Below are positions 26,829-38,563 of a stretch of DNA of 64,000 bases, one piece after another; position 1 is the stretch's first letter, and each line of letters begins with the position of its first letter. The notes under the pieces are model-generated. The model saw only the letters and a list, made by a program, of their open reading frames with translations, was not told the origin of the DNA and ran no database searches. The DNA lies in assembly GCA_048013815.1 (NCBI GenBank), contig CM106585.1, forward strand, positions 20,832,001 through 20,896,000, given 5' to 3'. Origin of the DNA: Setoptus koraiensis (Eukaryota; Animalia; Arthropoda). The position numbers and the translations under genes were made by a program.

Positions 26829-29800
26829 ATGAAACAACCCGTCGGCACCATTTTGGTTTTAGTAACTTGTTTTGTGATTCTCAGACAAACAAGTTTTGTT
26901 TTTCCAAAGAAAACACTCACCGCTAATGATGATCCGAATCGTGGTCAAATGCGAGGTAATTTGAGTGGATAATATTCATTCGATAGTATTCATGAACACA
27001 AACAAATTTGTCCTAATCATTCCTACTACTACTAATCTACTCTCGACTTAGATCATTCACCCTTTCCCGACATATTCTCTTCTATTTTGGGGAAGAAATC
27101 CATCAGATATTTGTATGAAGTCAACACCAACTATAGAATGCCGGAAGGGGTAGGTTTTAAAATTCTCTGACCTATAAAATTGATGATGCGCATTTTCAAC
27201 AATTTTACGTTTTGTTCTTTTTTGAGTTTACGCTACGATATTCTAACGCTCATTTGTTTCCAACAATCAACCCCAAAATGAAAATGACCGAAGCAAATAA
27301 AATCTATTCTAGTCGAGGAGATGTACTCGTTCGAGCACCAATTAGGCAGGATAAAATACTATGACGGCGTAGAGGATAGAAGTTTCTATTGGTATGACCA
27401 GGAAGGCGAAAGAATCTGGACTAAACCTTACACTTGTTCGGTTGAGAATATCGAATATGCCAGTTACTCAGGAACGAGCATATTCAATTCTTGGTTGAAT
27501 GGCTTCGAGAAATTATTTACCTATAAACAGGCTTTCAACAGTAGCTCTGTGAGCTATTTTTACGGCCTCATGGGACTCATGGCTAATGCTCAAATTATGA
27601 CCAAGATACGATTAAATGATGTGCTCCTCTTCAACATACAGGGTGTGAAAAAACGTGGTCGCTGCTGGACTGTTGATTATCCGATCACCGACTCAGAAAA
27701 AGCCACATTGAGGTTCATTTTTGAGCAGGTGGGCGATGTAGTTGACCTAAACAAAATACTGTCGCCTTCGAAGGAAGTTCAAGAATCTTTTAGACAAGCT
27801 TACGAGGCAGCTCGTTTATCGCCACTGATCAAGTTTAGCGCCACGGCCGGATCAAAATCAGAAGATAAGCTAGTCGTAACAGTGCTGAGGATGGAATTCG
27901 ATAGAGTAACCTCACAAGATCTGGCCTTGCCAGAGGGTTTTGGTTGTACCAGAGATGGTGCTAAAACCGCTTTCAAGCCATTTTTTAATCATGGCTATCC
28001 GCGTCTTGTCTACAACATGGAGGCCACATTGATTGTGATGAAGAATCAAGTGAAATCACCTGAATCTACAGACAATATCAATAACGGTTGGTTGTTTGAT
28101 GACAAATTCAACGACGACGAAATTGGGAGACACTACACAACAATGTCGTATAAAATAATAGACGATTCTATGTGGCAAACAATGGCTGTCATATACGAAT
28201 CTGGTTCTGGTTCCGAACGCTACAGCCAGGCTCGTCTCGTTTCCTGGGACCTCAATAATCTGATCAAAAGTGATGTTAGTTTGGCCAGACAAGAGTGTAC
28301 TCAATGGTGTGAAACGGGCGACAGTGCTGATTTTGCGCCCATACTCGAGTTTCCTGATGGTTCACGCCTGATTTTGAAAGGTGACGCGAAGAAGATAATG
28401 TCTTACTACGATAGAAATTTTGCGCCTCATATACTTAATGATGTAACTCTTGATGAGGATTCGTTAGAAATGAAAAGTCGTATTATCACCAGTTCAGACG
28501 ATAGATTTGGTTTGAATGCTAAAAGCTCAGATTGGGCAATACTGTCGTACGAGGCGAACAATTTAGGCGATATAAAATTGTATACCAGAGGTGAATTATT
28601 GAATCAGGCCGAGACTGCTATGGTGAGGAAGTTCCTTTTCAATAGAAAAACAAAATTGTCAATACCCATGTCAGTGGATATTTATTTTTACAGTGACGGT
28701 AGTCGGTCTAATCGAGTGGCTCAAATTCACATCAATATACTGTCAGTAGATGCATTAAATCACTGGATAAGACCAAACAATCTTATAGATTTGAGTGCCT
28801 GCTACATAAACAAGCCACGACGAAGCGCCAAAGTATCAATTGAGTTCCCGTTATCTGATGGCTACCCAAACATGAGAGATCTTGTAGATCCGCACTTCTT
28901 CATTAGAAAATCTATCGCAAGCTTCTTTCGCGATTGTTTCAACATTCACGATACTCGTATGAGTTCAATAGACGTCGAAATTGAACATGATCATTTGGTG
29001 GTCAGCGTTAGATTACTAGACAAGCCAAGCTTCAGTCTTTATGCCAATAAGATGGTACCCAAGCAAGTGGATTCGTTTGACAAAGAATTTCAAATTATAC
29101 AGAAGATGGCCTCATTTACAACACTGACTAATGACGCAATACAATGTGGCGACTATTGTGAAATGTACAAATGTGCATATTATGTTTTTTGCTCGCACAA
29201 TCAAAACTGTTTATTGTTACATTCGTCGACTTTTGATAATCGCGGAAACAAACAGCAAGATAATGGTATCGGGTCCTTTTATGACGTTGGACAAACCTGC
29301 GTCGCCTATCAAATAAATTCGAGCGTCTACGACAGGTTGCAAGGTTGGCGTCTAGAGGATATACTGGCTGAATTGGACAAATACAGCCCAGCCTTAAATG
29401 CTCAATATACTAATGTCAACGAAGCACAAGAGACAAGTGATATGCCTGTCGAGCATGACGAAGATCTAGTAGATCCATCGGTGCCCCATAATGGTAATGG
29501 TCAACGAGAGAAAGTTGCCGTACCAACTGTCAGCATGGTGATGAAAAGTCAATTACCGGGTCAATTATCGGCAGTTGTGAGATTAGTGGCTAGCAAAATA
29601 AGCCATCATTGGGACGAGCCTGGGCTTGGTTCAAACAAATTGAGATTAGACACAATGCCAACAGAGATGCAATCAATGGAACAATTCAGCAATAAAGTGA
29701 GCCAGTCTATCAAGTTTCGCGTTATTGTCTCAAATAGACGCTTTAAAGTACCATCAAACACCAATCAAGCTTCACAATCAGCGACAAGCGATGAGAACAG

Positions 29801-31445
29801 CAATGAATTAATTGATGGCAATCTCGATGCTAACGGTGGTGTAACGGTGATAAAGCATCAAGAATATGAAGATTGTGCTAGAATGTGCCTAGATGACTAT
29901 TCATGCTTCTCTTTCTCCTATTGTCATAACGACAGAGACTGCATATTGACGTCCAATAGTGATTATGATAAAATTAAATCTGACAACAACGAAGAAATTA
30001 CCCAAAACGATAAGCAATGCTCGATAGTTGCAAGAAACTATTTAGATATGTTCAGGCGTAGCACCACAAAGTTGTCTCCATCAGAACAAAGTTTCTTCAT
30101 TGATAAAAAAGTAACTCTCAATGTTTCGTCGGCCTTAGATTGTGCGGCAGCATGTGTAAACAATAATATTGCTCCTCTGGCTGGCGAAACTATTGCTGAC
30201 ACATCGGGCAGTCGATCAAATTCAATCGGGAAGCAGCAGTTCAAGTGTCTATCATTTGATTTTTGTGCCGCTTCAACAGAAGACGGATATAATTGTGTTT
30301 TGTATGATAAACATTTCGTCTCAAGTAAAAAGGCACATGATCATATAGAAGATATTAATAACAATGTCAACAAAGAAGATAATCATTACGAAGATAACAA
30401 CAGCAATGATGATTACAAACGTAGAGGCGCAACAGGTAGAAAAACTCAAGCTCAAGTGCTATTTTGTACGCATCATTCTAGATTGTTCTTGGTAGATTTC
30501 AATAAGATATATAAGAAAAGATTGCCACTATCAATGGTGGGCATGACCACCACAAATGAGGCTTTTGTCGCCCATGAGAACAATAATGAACAAGAGTCAA
30601 ATGTTATAGAGAGTGATAACAATCAAGAGACAATGGGTCAGCCAACAATTGAGCGTTGTGCAAGATTATGCGAAGAAGATAAAAATTGTGGAGCTTTTGA
30701 GTTTTGTTTGGCAGTCAGAAAGAGCTCAGGTGAACATTTTACATCCTGTTCAATAGGCAACAACAAAACATTGGAATTGATTGGAGAGATCTCTAGTGAC
30801 AACAAAAAACAATCAAAAACTGTTGGACGTTTGAAGCAGCGGGAGGCGTTGTCACAATTAAGTTCCAGTGAGATATGTTCAATATACGCCTATAGACAAT
30901 TGTCGGTTGTGATAGCTACACGCAAAAAGAATACACAATTCTTGGTGGATGAGCTTGTCGGTGAAAGAATTGCCAGTTACAAATGGTGGCTAAATGCCAA
31001 GGCAATATTTAGATTAGATGTTTTGATTTTTATCATAACGCTGATAATTGGCTTTACAATTGGTCGCAAGCGAGATCATTTGTACCAATTGAGAGAGTTG
31101 TATATTAACTATCAGAATTCTTTGATGACACCTGATGATGGTTACGAGGATGCCATTGTTGAACAAGATTACAACGAACAAACACAACAGTTGGACGAAC
31201 AATCGAAACTTGACCCATCTTCTTTGAGTTCTTCATCGAATGCAAATCATGGTAATCATGAAAGAAATTTCAAGACAACTTTGGCTCCAAACAACGAGCA
31301 AACTAGACACAAGGGTCTTAAAATGAAAATATTCAGTGTTGAGGACCAAAGAAAGGCTTCGCTGACCTCGCTCACAGACAACATAGCAGGAATATCCGAG
31401 GCGGGTGGCGAGTTGATGAGAGACGTCGACGATAATCAGTTATAA
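26829..31445 (+). CDS. Large type I membrane protein with about four PAN/Apple-like Cys modules
   Basis: Exon 1 26829-26955 (signal peptide), exon 2 from 27052 to 27149 or 27153, and exon 3 from 27294 or 27313 to 31445 (this junction is ambiguous; both options keep frame). Cys modules: CGDYCEMYKCAYYVFC, CARMCLDDYSCFSFSYC..DCIL, CAAACV..CLSFDFC..NCVLY, CARLCEEDKNCGAFEFC. TM: LDVLIFIITLIIGFTIG. Confidence 0.8.
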
Positions 31446-32056
31446 TTAGTGATAATTAACATAGAGTGCAGCGAATATTCTCAATCAATAATATTGATGT
31501 TTTCAGCGGATCGTTTGCGTTATTCTTTATCCTTGGTTTTTTCTTCGCCTGGGAAATTTCCCAGAAAAACTTCGCTTCTGATCAAACTTGGTTGTTGTTT
31601 CATCAAGATTTTATCACTCTCAAGCTCGATGTTCACATGAGTTCTTTGAGATAAATAATAGGTATCGAAAGATCTCCAAGATATCATGCTCATTGTAATG
31701 CTGCAAATTGTAATTAAAAGATTATCTAATTTCAGTATTTACATTTCTTGGTTATTGCCATTTCATATCGATGATATTCTATTGTCTCATGCCTCTCCAG
31801 ATACAAGATCAACCGAAGCGAACCAACTCACGAACCCTATACGGAAATGCTCATACTTTTCTGTCTTAATCAAACTACGAGCACACAATCTTACAAATAT
31901 TGATCAATTATTTATTAGGAATAGATGTATTAATCAAATTGGCATGGCCCTTGTGAAAAGTCTGATTCTAGAATCGGTTATGACAAATATGGATACACAA
32001 TCCAATATAGAGACAATTTGTGGTAAGATGACCACTCTTGAGAGAAAACGTCGGAA

Positions 32057-33403
32057 TCAATATTCATCAGCTCTACGACTAAAACCCGATTGTCGGTAAC
32101 CTGGCCCTCGTGCAAAATTTGCCTTCCTTTGATTATAATCAAACCTACCACGTCTCTCTGGATTATCTTTCTGCCAAGAGAATGATCTAGTTTTGTCGAA
32201 AGGCTTGTTTATCCAACCTAGCATAATTTCATCGAGTGTATCCTGAGACAAACAACCCCTTTTTTTCAGTTGTTCAGTTAGATCAGTTAATTTCGCCACA
32301 TTGTCTGGGTTATTTTGTTCTTCAACAGTAGCTTTTAATGCCTCCATGACATCGGAGGCAAGAGTATATTTCCTATCCCCAGATAGAGCGCTCTTTTCTG
32401 CCAGGTTCTTCAATATGACTAGTGCCTCTTCAACGCGGCCCTGATCTTGTAAAGCTTTGATTCGCATGTTATATACTGTTACGTAATTTTCTGTACTGCT
32501 GGTGAAGGTGGGTAAGAGCAAATCTAATGCTCGGGATGTATCACCGTGTTTTAGCGCGAGCAAAGCGATCGGGCTGTGAGTTCTGAGGCGAAATTTTCTT
32601 CCGGGGTAGATTATCAGAGCCAGTCCAGTTTGATAAGCCTCCAATGTTCCCAATTTATAAATAGAGTTTATCACTGAGATAAGGATATCTTTTAAGCGAG
32701 AAGGAGCCCCTTCAAAAGGACCCCTCTCCGCCTCTGATCTCCCTAGGATTGCTCTATAAATGTCGATTATTTCCTGGTAATTTGAGTTTCTTTCCAACAA
32801 GTCCATGGCAACCTCTAGGCCAAGTGTTGGAACGATGTCCAAAAGATTAGGAAAACGTTCTTGATTCACAAATAACTCCACAACTAGATCTGGTCTGTTT
32901 ATATGATGAAATAGTTGCATCAACGAATTTGCATTTCTAATAACACTATAGTGTGGGTATGGTGTTTCCTCTTTTGTTTTCAGCAATAGATGTTTGACAA
33001 TATCGAGTAAAATGCTAACATGGCGGTCGGATCCGTCACACAGATAGATTGCCGTGGTGAGATCGTTGGAGTATATAGCTTTTTCGTCAGTGTCTTTTTG
33101 AATGATGTCCTCTAGTCTGCTGAAAAATTGATCCGCACTTTGCGAGTATTCTTTCATGGTAGTTTCGCGCCTTTTTGTAAATGGTTCCAATTTAAGGACC
33201 TCTTCAGTGAAAAAGGAGCGACTTTGACGTATATTTAGTATGGACGCCGTCAATGGTGTTGTGCCACGATTGATTTTGGTTGGATTCTTGGGCCAGAAAT
33301 CGAAAATAGAGAATGCCCTGATTGATTGGATATTAGCGAGTTTCGACTTGACTGTGATGAGGCCGATGTTCCTCGTTAGCATGCAGATCCTCGTGCTGGC
33401 CAT
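32057..33403 (-). CDS. PTCD2: Mitochondrial pentatricopeptide-repeat protein 2 (PTCD2-like), single coding exon
   Basis: 448-aa ORF with an Arg/Ser-rich transit-like N-terminus. Motifs RSFFTEEVLKL, DLTTAIYLCD, YKLGTLEAY, ALLALKHGD and LSQDTLDEIM align in order with PTCD2 as I recall it. Confidence 0.75.
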   Translation of the reverse strand: MASTRICMLTRNIGLITVKSKLANIQSIRAFSIFDFWPKNPTKINRGTTPLTASILNIRQSRSFFTEEVLKLEPFTKRRETTMKEYSQSADQFFSRLEDIIQKDTDEKAIYSNDLTTAIYLCDGSDRHVSILLDIVKHLLLKTKEETPYPHYSVIRNANSLMQLFHHINRPDLVVELFVNQERFPNLLDIVPTLGLEVAMDLLERNSNYQEIIDIYRAILGRSEAERGPFEGAPSRLKDILISVINSIYKLGTLEAYQTGLALIIYPGRKFRLRTHSPIALLALKHGDTSRALDLLLPTFTSSTENYVTVYNMRIKALQDQGRVEEALVILKNLAEKSALSGDRKYTLASDVMEALKATVEEQNNPDNVAKLTDLTEQLKKRGCLSQDTLDEIMLGWINKPFDKTRSFSWQKDNPERRGRFDYNQRKANFARGPGYRQSGFSRRADEY

Positions 33404-34457
33404 TTCGAATTGTTTGTTTATCTATTGTGTGTTGATTTATTCCCTTGTAAAACAGTCGTTATTTTTGGGGTCGTTGATACAGTAAGGTTTGCAAATCGCG
33501 CCCCCGAGATTTCCGAAATCGCCCAAGTAGGATTAGGAATTATCGAAGTGAGTCAAAGTGATCTACGATTATTTTGAGATGTATTTCTTTTTGTTCAATT
33601 AAACGATTGTCAAAAACAATCATTTGTGGTGTGGGAGCGTCCAATAACAGAGCGAAGAGCACGTGGGGCCGTGTGTGCATTTTCGGTGCACATGTGCTTC
33701 GTTGCAAAAAACACCACGAGAGGCGCTGATTACAATCATGGAATCACAAAAAGTTTCGTCGATCTCATGATGAGATTCTCATCTGACCGATGTTTTAGTA
33801 GACGAGAGCGCACAAGAAAAGAATAGATTTTTCGCCGCTAGGTGTGCGTCAACTAAACAAGACTCACATTCATCATGTCACAATTGGCGACATTCCCATG
33901 ATGTCAAGGCGACCATTTGTACAACCTAATAGAGGAAACAAAAAAACAAAAGAATGTCCTGGTCAACCCGATTGAGGGAACGTCATCAACGGATCCGAAC
34001 AAAACTGAGAATGTTTTCGATCGTCATGTGTGAACGCAACGGTTGAGGCTCTTTTTGACCAATAAATGTACTCGAACTCGGACAGATGGAAATCAATCAG
34101 ATTGAATTGATTTTTCAATCCGGTCACGACTATAAAGATCGCCATGCGGGCATCTGTCCACGAAGCGGACTTGATGACTTATCTAACTGACCACAATGCG
34201 AGAGTAGTCAACCGACAGGTAACCTGCGACAGGTTTTTTCGTTTGAAGTTCGCGCACTTCTTGAACATTTCCGATTGTGCGCACACGCTCAGCTCATTCG
34301 CCAATCGCAAGCGTGTGCGGCTACCATCGCGGCTTTCGACACAACTCTCATCAAATTCCGCTTTCTACCGATGAAACCATCATTTACCATTAATTAATTT
34401 ATCACACAATACTATATTTAAATAATCAAACTAAATCATATTGCATACATATTAATC

Positions 34458-35296
34458 ATGGCGGTGTCGTGCTTATCCCAGAAAAAGAAGGTGGTTGCTA
34501 ATGGTATGTTTAAGGCAGAAATCGATGAATTTCTCAGAAGGGAACTGGCTGAAGACGGTTACTCCGGCGTCGAGGTCAAGAAGACCACCAACCGGACGGA
34601 AATTATCATATCAGCCACGAGAACACAACAAGTGCTTGGAGATAAATCTCGTCGTATCAGAGAGCTAACATCTGTCATCAGCAAGAGATTCAATTCCGAC
34701 GATGGTGTTGTTGAGGTTAGTTATCATTACCATTCCAAAAATGTATTTTCAGCATCTTTTTTTTTCTAGACAAAAACTAACCATTCGGTATTATTTTTTT
34801 CCACTATTAAATATACACTCACATTCACACAATGTAGATGTACGCCGAGAAGGTATCAGACAGAGGTCTTTGCGCTGTTGCACAATGTGAATCACTCAGA
34901 TACAAATTAGTAGGTGGTTTGGCTGTCCGTCGTGCATGTTACGGTGTTCTTCGTTTTATTATCGAAAGTGGAGCAAAAGGATGTGAAGTTGTTGTCAGTG
35001 GAAAATTACGTGGCCAACGTGCCAAATCAATGAAATTTGTCGACGGCTACATGATCCATTCTGGTGAGCCAACCAACCACTACGTAGACACCGCCGTCAG
35101 GCATGTGCTTCTGCGTCAAGGAGTTTTAGGTATCAAAGTTAAAATTATGTTACCTTTCGATCCAACAGGCAAAAAGGGGCCAAGCAAACCTCTTCCAGAT
35201 ACCATTCACGTTATCGAACCTAAAGAAGAGATCATGCCGACTGTACCTTCTGCGAGCATTGACCAAGAAAGCGAGCTCGTCCAACCTGTACAATAG
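34458..35296 (+). CDS. RpS3: 40S ribosomal protein S3 (uS3), 2 exons
   Basis: Exon 1 34458-34715, a 122-nt intron, then exon 2 34838-35296 in phase 0. Diagnostic sequences: [87 protein letters not shown]. Confidence 0.98.
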
Positions 35297-35607
35297 GTCC
35301 CCATAACGCAAGACAAATATCAATAAAAATATAAATTTAAAAATAATACCGCTGCAAGCGCGATTATATGTACAATTTTTCATTCGACTACCCAACTGAT
35401 TCTACCTTCTAACAACGAGCTTAGATAGTTATCAGAGTCGTTGACTTTAAATAGCCTGATGGTATGAGTTTATTCAATTGAACTGAAATGACTTTCAACA
35501 GAAAACTGAAGAACAGAAATATGACAAATCACAAAGTAGTGCCGCTTAGGCTTAGTATGGTTCGACCTTTCTTTTAGCAGGTGTGTCCTGGCGATTGTTT
35601 GTCGCTA

Positions 35608-35988
35608 TTATTGAAGATATTTTCTTGCAATTTGAGAAGCCTTCCTCTCAAAAGCCGCACTTTTGATAGGTGTGTTGTGAATGTAAAGCGGATTGAGAGC
35701 AAATTTGCAATATATCTGATATAATTCCTGAAAGAATGCTTCCTGTATCGTGGCCAATTTCGAGTTAACTAATAATAAGATCCTCAACCTATTAGGTACA
35801 TAGGCATGCACGTTCCATTCATTGAATTTGTCTATGTTTTTGAAATACATACTGGTGCTCTGGGACTCCATCTCATCAACAATATCCAATGAGGAATAGG
35901 CTATAAATTGTTTCAGGTATCGATCTTCTTTTATCGGGTATTCGAATATAGGTTTATCGTTATTTACAATGACCAGGTAGAAATCCAT
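35608..35988 (-). CDS. TRAPPC2: Trafficking protein particle complex subunit 2 (sedlin/Trs20)
   Basis: 126 aa from the ATG at 35988: QFIAYSSLDIVDE..MYFKNIDKFNEWNVHAYV..YCKFALNPLY..PIKSAAFERK, the sedlin longin-domain signature. No intron in the CDS. Confidence 0.9.
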   Translation of the reverse strand: MDFYLVIVNNDKPIFEYPIKEDRYLKQFIAYSSLDIVDEMESQSTSMYFKNIDKFNEWNVHAYVPNRLRILLLVNSKLATIQEAFFQELYQIYCKFALNPLYIHNTPIKSAAFERKASQIARKYLQ

Positions 35989-36299
35989 GATTGGTGAATT
36001 AATAGTAACTAAATAAATAAACAACAATAATGAGGATGTAAATAATAGAAATCCCTATTGTGTTTTCATGTGTTGACCGCAAGGCTGACAAGCAGCACAG
36101 GAATGACAGGATTTTTTTTCGAAATTCTCGATCATATGTTTTCCATCAACATTCAATTCACCTCACACATTCCTCTATCCAACATGTTACCTAACCAGTT
36201 GGTTCAACGACTAATCTATACAAGATAATGCGAGATAAACTTCCCGAATGATAGGCTTGACGAAGATAGACAACATTTAAGACTTATCAATCAATCTGA

Positions 36300-36487
36300 T
36301 AGCATAGTCACATCTACCATTCTCGAGACATCTTTCTAGCACTTTTGGATCAACATTTCTGATACAGTGCAGCAGTCTTGTCAATCGATTGTCAACTAAT
36401 TTTATCCCGATCCAGTGGACTAGAGTCATTGCGAGCGGCTGATGCTCCCAGCCTCGATGTTATCATTAGTGTCAAACTAAAAATCTG
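36300..36487 (-). pseudogene. Inverted, internally deleted pseudogene copy of the 36928-37404 secreted-protein gene
   Basis: The reverse complement of 36397-36487 matches 36940-37030 with about 10 substitutions in ~88 nt (QIFSLTLMITSRLGASAARNDSSPLDRDKIS* vs QIFSFTLMIILGLGASAACDDSSPLDWDKIV). A second, more diverged block (36300-36359) matches 37180-37236. There is no start codon, and there is an in-frame TGA. Confidence 0.85.
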
Positions 36488-36927
36488 ATAAAGTTACAAC
36501 GATTCTGTCATGACTCATGAGGAGCCGGAACGAAAAGTATTTTAGTACTCATAGACGATGCAACCATTATTGCTTCACCCAACTACTAGACTAATTCTAA
36601 AAAAGCATTCTCCAACTATCATCGCTCTGATAATTTGATGGCTGTCAATACATGATTCAATGCATCACGGCTCTTTAGAAGTCTTCCTCCATTCTACGTC
36701 GTAGTGTTACTTTTCAGACATTCTACTGAAGTAGTCGCCATGAAATCTATTTTTACTTTTAGTATGGATTCTTGCAACTAAAAATAACCTCAAATTCATA
36801 CACAAATTGTTGGTTTTTCAATACAACTTTCTTTCATTGATATTCCCTCAGTCTTCAGTACTGAAATTGATAGTATACTGCAATAAGTGTCTGCGAAATT
36901 AACGTTAAAGGCCCAATAACTCCAACA

Positions 36928-37404
36928 ATGACCAAAGCACAGATTTTTAGTTTCACGCTAATGATAATATTGGGGCTGGGAGCATCAGCCGCCTGCGATG
37001 ACTCTAGTCCATTGGATTGGGATAAAATTGTCGAAGAAAAGGGGTTCAACAAAAAAATTGTTTGTGAATCATTGAAAAATGCCAATGTCCCTAAGGACTT
37101 CGATACCGTATTAGGAATGTACGATAAAGCTTTAGAAAACATAGGTAAAAGTGTCGAGTACAGCGTCTTGGCGCAACCTAAGATTAATCCAGAAGTGTTG
37201 GTAACATTTGACCAGAATGGTAGTAAGATGGTGCTAAAGGTATCAAAAAGCAGAAAGAATTTCGTTAAACTCAATAGTAGTGGAAAAAATGGTGAAATCT
37301 CAAAGAAAATGCTCGACGAGACATTCCAGACTGCTTGCGAATTCTTGATCGATTCCTACCGAGACAAAGAAAATATGAGTCAAGTGCTGACACTTGTCCT
37401 ATGA
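36928..37404 (+). CDS. Orphan 158-aa secreted protein, intronless
   Basis: Clear signal peptide (MTKAQIFSFTLMIILGLGASAA), a charged K/E/D-rich mature part with 3 Cys, and no low complexity. A decayed paralog exists nearby. No family recognised. Confidence 0.75.
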   Translation: MTKAQIFSFTLMIILGLGASAACDDSSPLDWDKIVEEKGFNKKIVCESLKNANVPKDFDTVLGMYDKALENIGKSVEYSVLAQPKINPEVLVTFDQNGSKMVLKVSKSRKNFVKLNSSGKNGEISKKMLDETFQTACEFLIDSYRDKENMSQVLTLVL

Positions 37405-38013
37405 AGATTTGACTAAGAAGTGCCGGAAGTTGGAACAAATCAAATGTCATCTTGGTCAAGATGGCATGGCACAATTCAATGTTCGTTCAAGTACAGTTAT
37501 ATAAAATATAACTATAGTAAGCTGCGAAGTATCAATTCATTCATAAGTCATGTGAATGAGGATTTGGCTAGTGATTTTCTCTTTCGCATCCAACTTTTTT
37601 CTTTTTTCGAACAAGAAGAAAAGTTTTCTTTGGTACGTTGAACTGTCTATTCTTCTTCGCTGAATTGCTCCAGATCGAAAAATCCAAAAAGACTTGTACT
37701 TGTCACCATTAGTGTCCTCATAGGAAACTCAAGTTGACAAATGATTTCACGAATATTTTTATAGAGTTTACATTAACAAGTAGTAAGTGAAACATTTACT
37801 TTGATATAGATCGCGAATATTCACACGTGAATACATTCAAATGTCGCACGCAAAAAGATCCAGTCAGATGCTTCGTTGTTGTTTATCTATTCAGTCAGTG
37901 TTGTCAGTCTTTTAGATAGTACTCGATGAAACAAAAAAAAAATAATATCATATATTATCAGACATGATGAGAACATTGTCGCCATCATATTTATATGGAT
38001 AATTTCGGTCGAT

Positions 38014-38328
38014 ATGGGAAAGAAATGGAACGAACAAAAATATTATGAACGTATGCGTCAGGGCTATCAAGAGGAATTGAAACGTGATAAATGGTCACGA
38101 GATCTCTCAAAGTCTCTGAAGGGCAAAGGTAACATATTTGGACCATTGGGAAATGTTGTTGGATTATTTTTTGGATTTGCCTCACTAGGATTATATTTTA
38201 CAACAATCTGGTCATTTAATATGATTAAGGAAGAAAGAAATAAGAATCGCTTGGCAGAAGAGGCGGCTAAATTGGACGCCGAGATGTTACCATACATTCC
38301 TGGCAACAGCGACTTTAGTGATGAATAA
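38014..38328 (+). CDS. Small single-TM protein, cytochrome c oxidase assembly factor 3 (COA3/CCDC56)-like
   Basis: 104 aa. A basic N-terminal helix is followed by GNVVGLFFGFASLGLYFTTIWSF and an acidic coiled tail (KEER..LAEEAAKL), resembling the COA3 N-x-x-x-G..L-x-x-Y-x-x-T layout. Similarity is modest and the start may lie further upstream. Confidence 0.5.
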   Translation: MGKKWNEQKYYERMRQGYQEELKRDKWSRDLSKSLKGKGNIFGPLGNVVGLFFGFASLGLYFTTIWSFNMIKEERNKNRLAEEAAKLDAEMLPYIPGNSDFSDE

Positions 38329-38563
38329 TTAACTGCTTACACATGTGATACCAACTTTCTTTAGACAGTAAATAGAAGATTTAATATATTCAATAGATTG
38401 GAAAACACAGCGTATTTATTTGTGACATTATTATCACTGAAAATTTATTATAACGTGAGATAACAAAACTAGAGGAACATTTCGTCGCTGATCACATACA
38501 CACAGTGTGACTGTGTCCATTATAGAAAAATACAATAATAAAATGGATATTATATTATCACAG

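Noticed and set aside
31449-32099. ORFs 31449-31640, 31466-31654 and 31686-32099
   Set aside because: They lie in the 3' regions of convergent genes, overlap the PTCD2 end, and show no recognisable motifs.
33626-34374. Short ORFs and splice-like signals between PTCD2 and RpS3
   Set aside because: The candidate exons have stops in all frames; more likely UTR exons or promoter sequence. A TGATGA..CTGA pair at 34172-34190 is too close together for a C/D snoRNA.
34716-34837. snoRNA in the RpS3 intron (vertebrate RPS3 hosts U15)
   Set aside because: The intron is 122 nt, AT-rich, and has no C/D boxes.
36855-37274. 139-aa minus-strand ORF
   Set aside because: Antisense shadow of the secreted-protein CDS.
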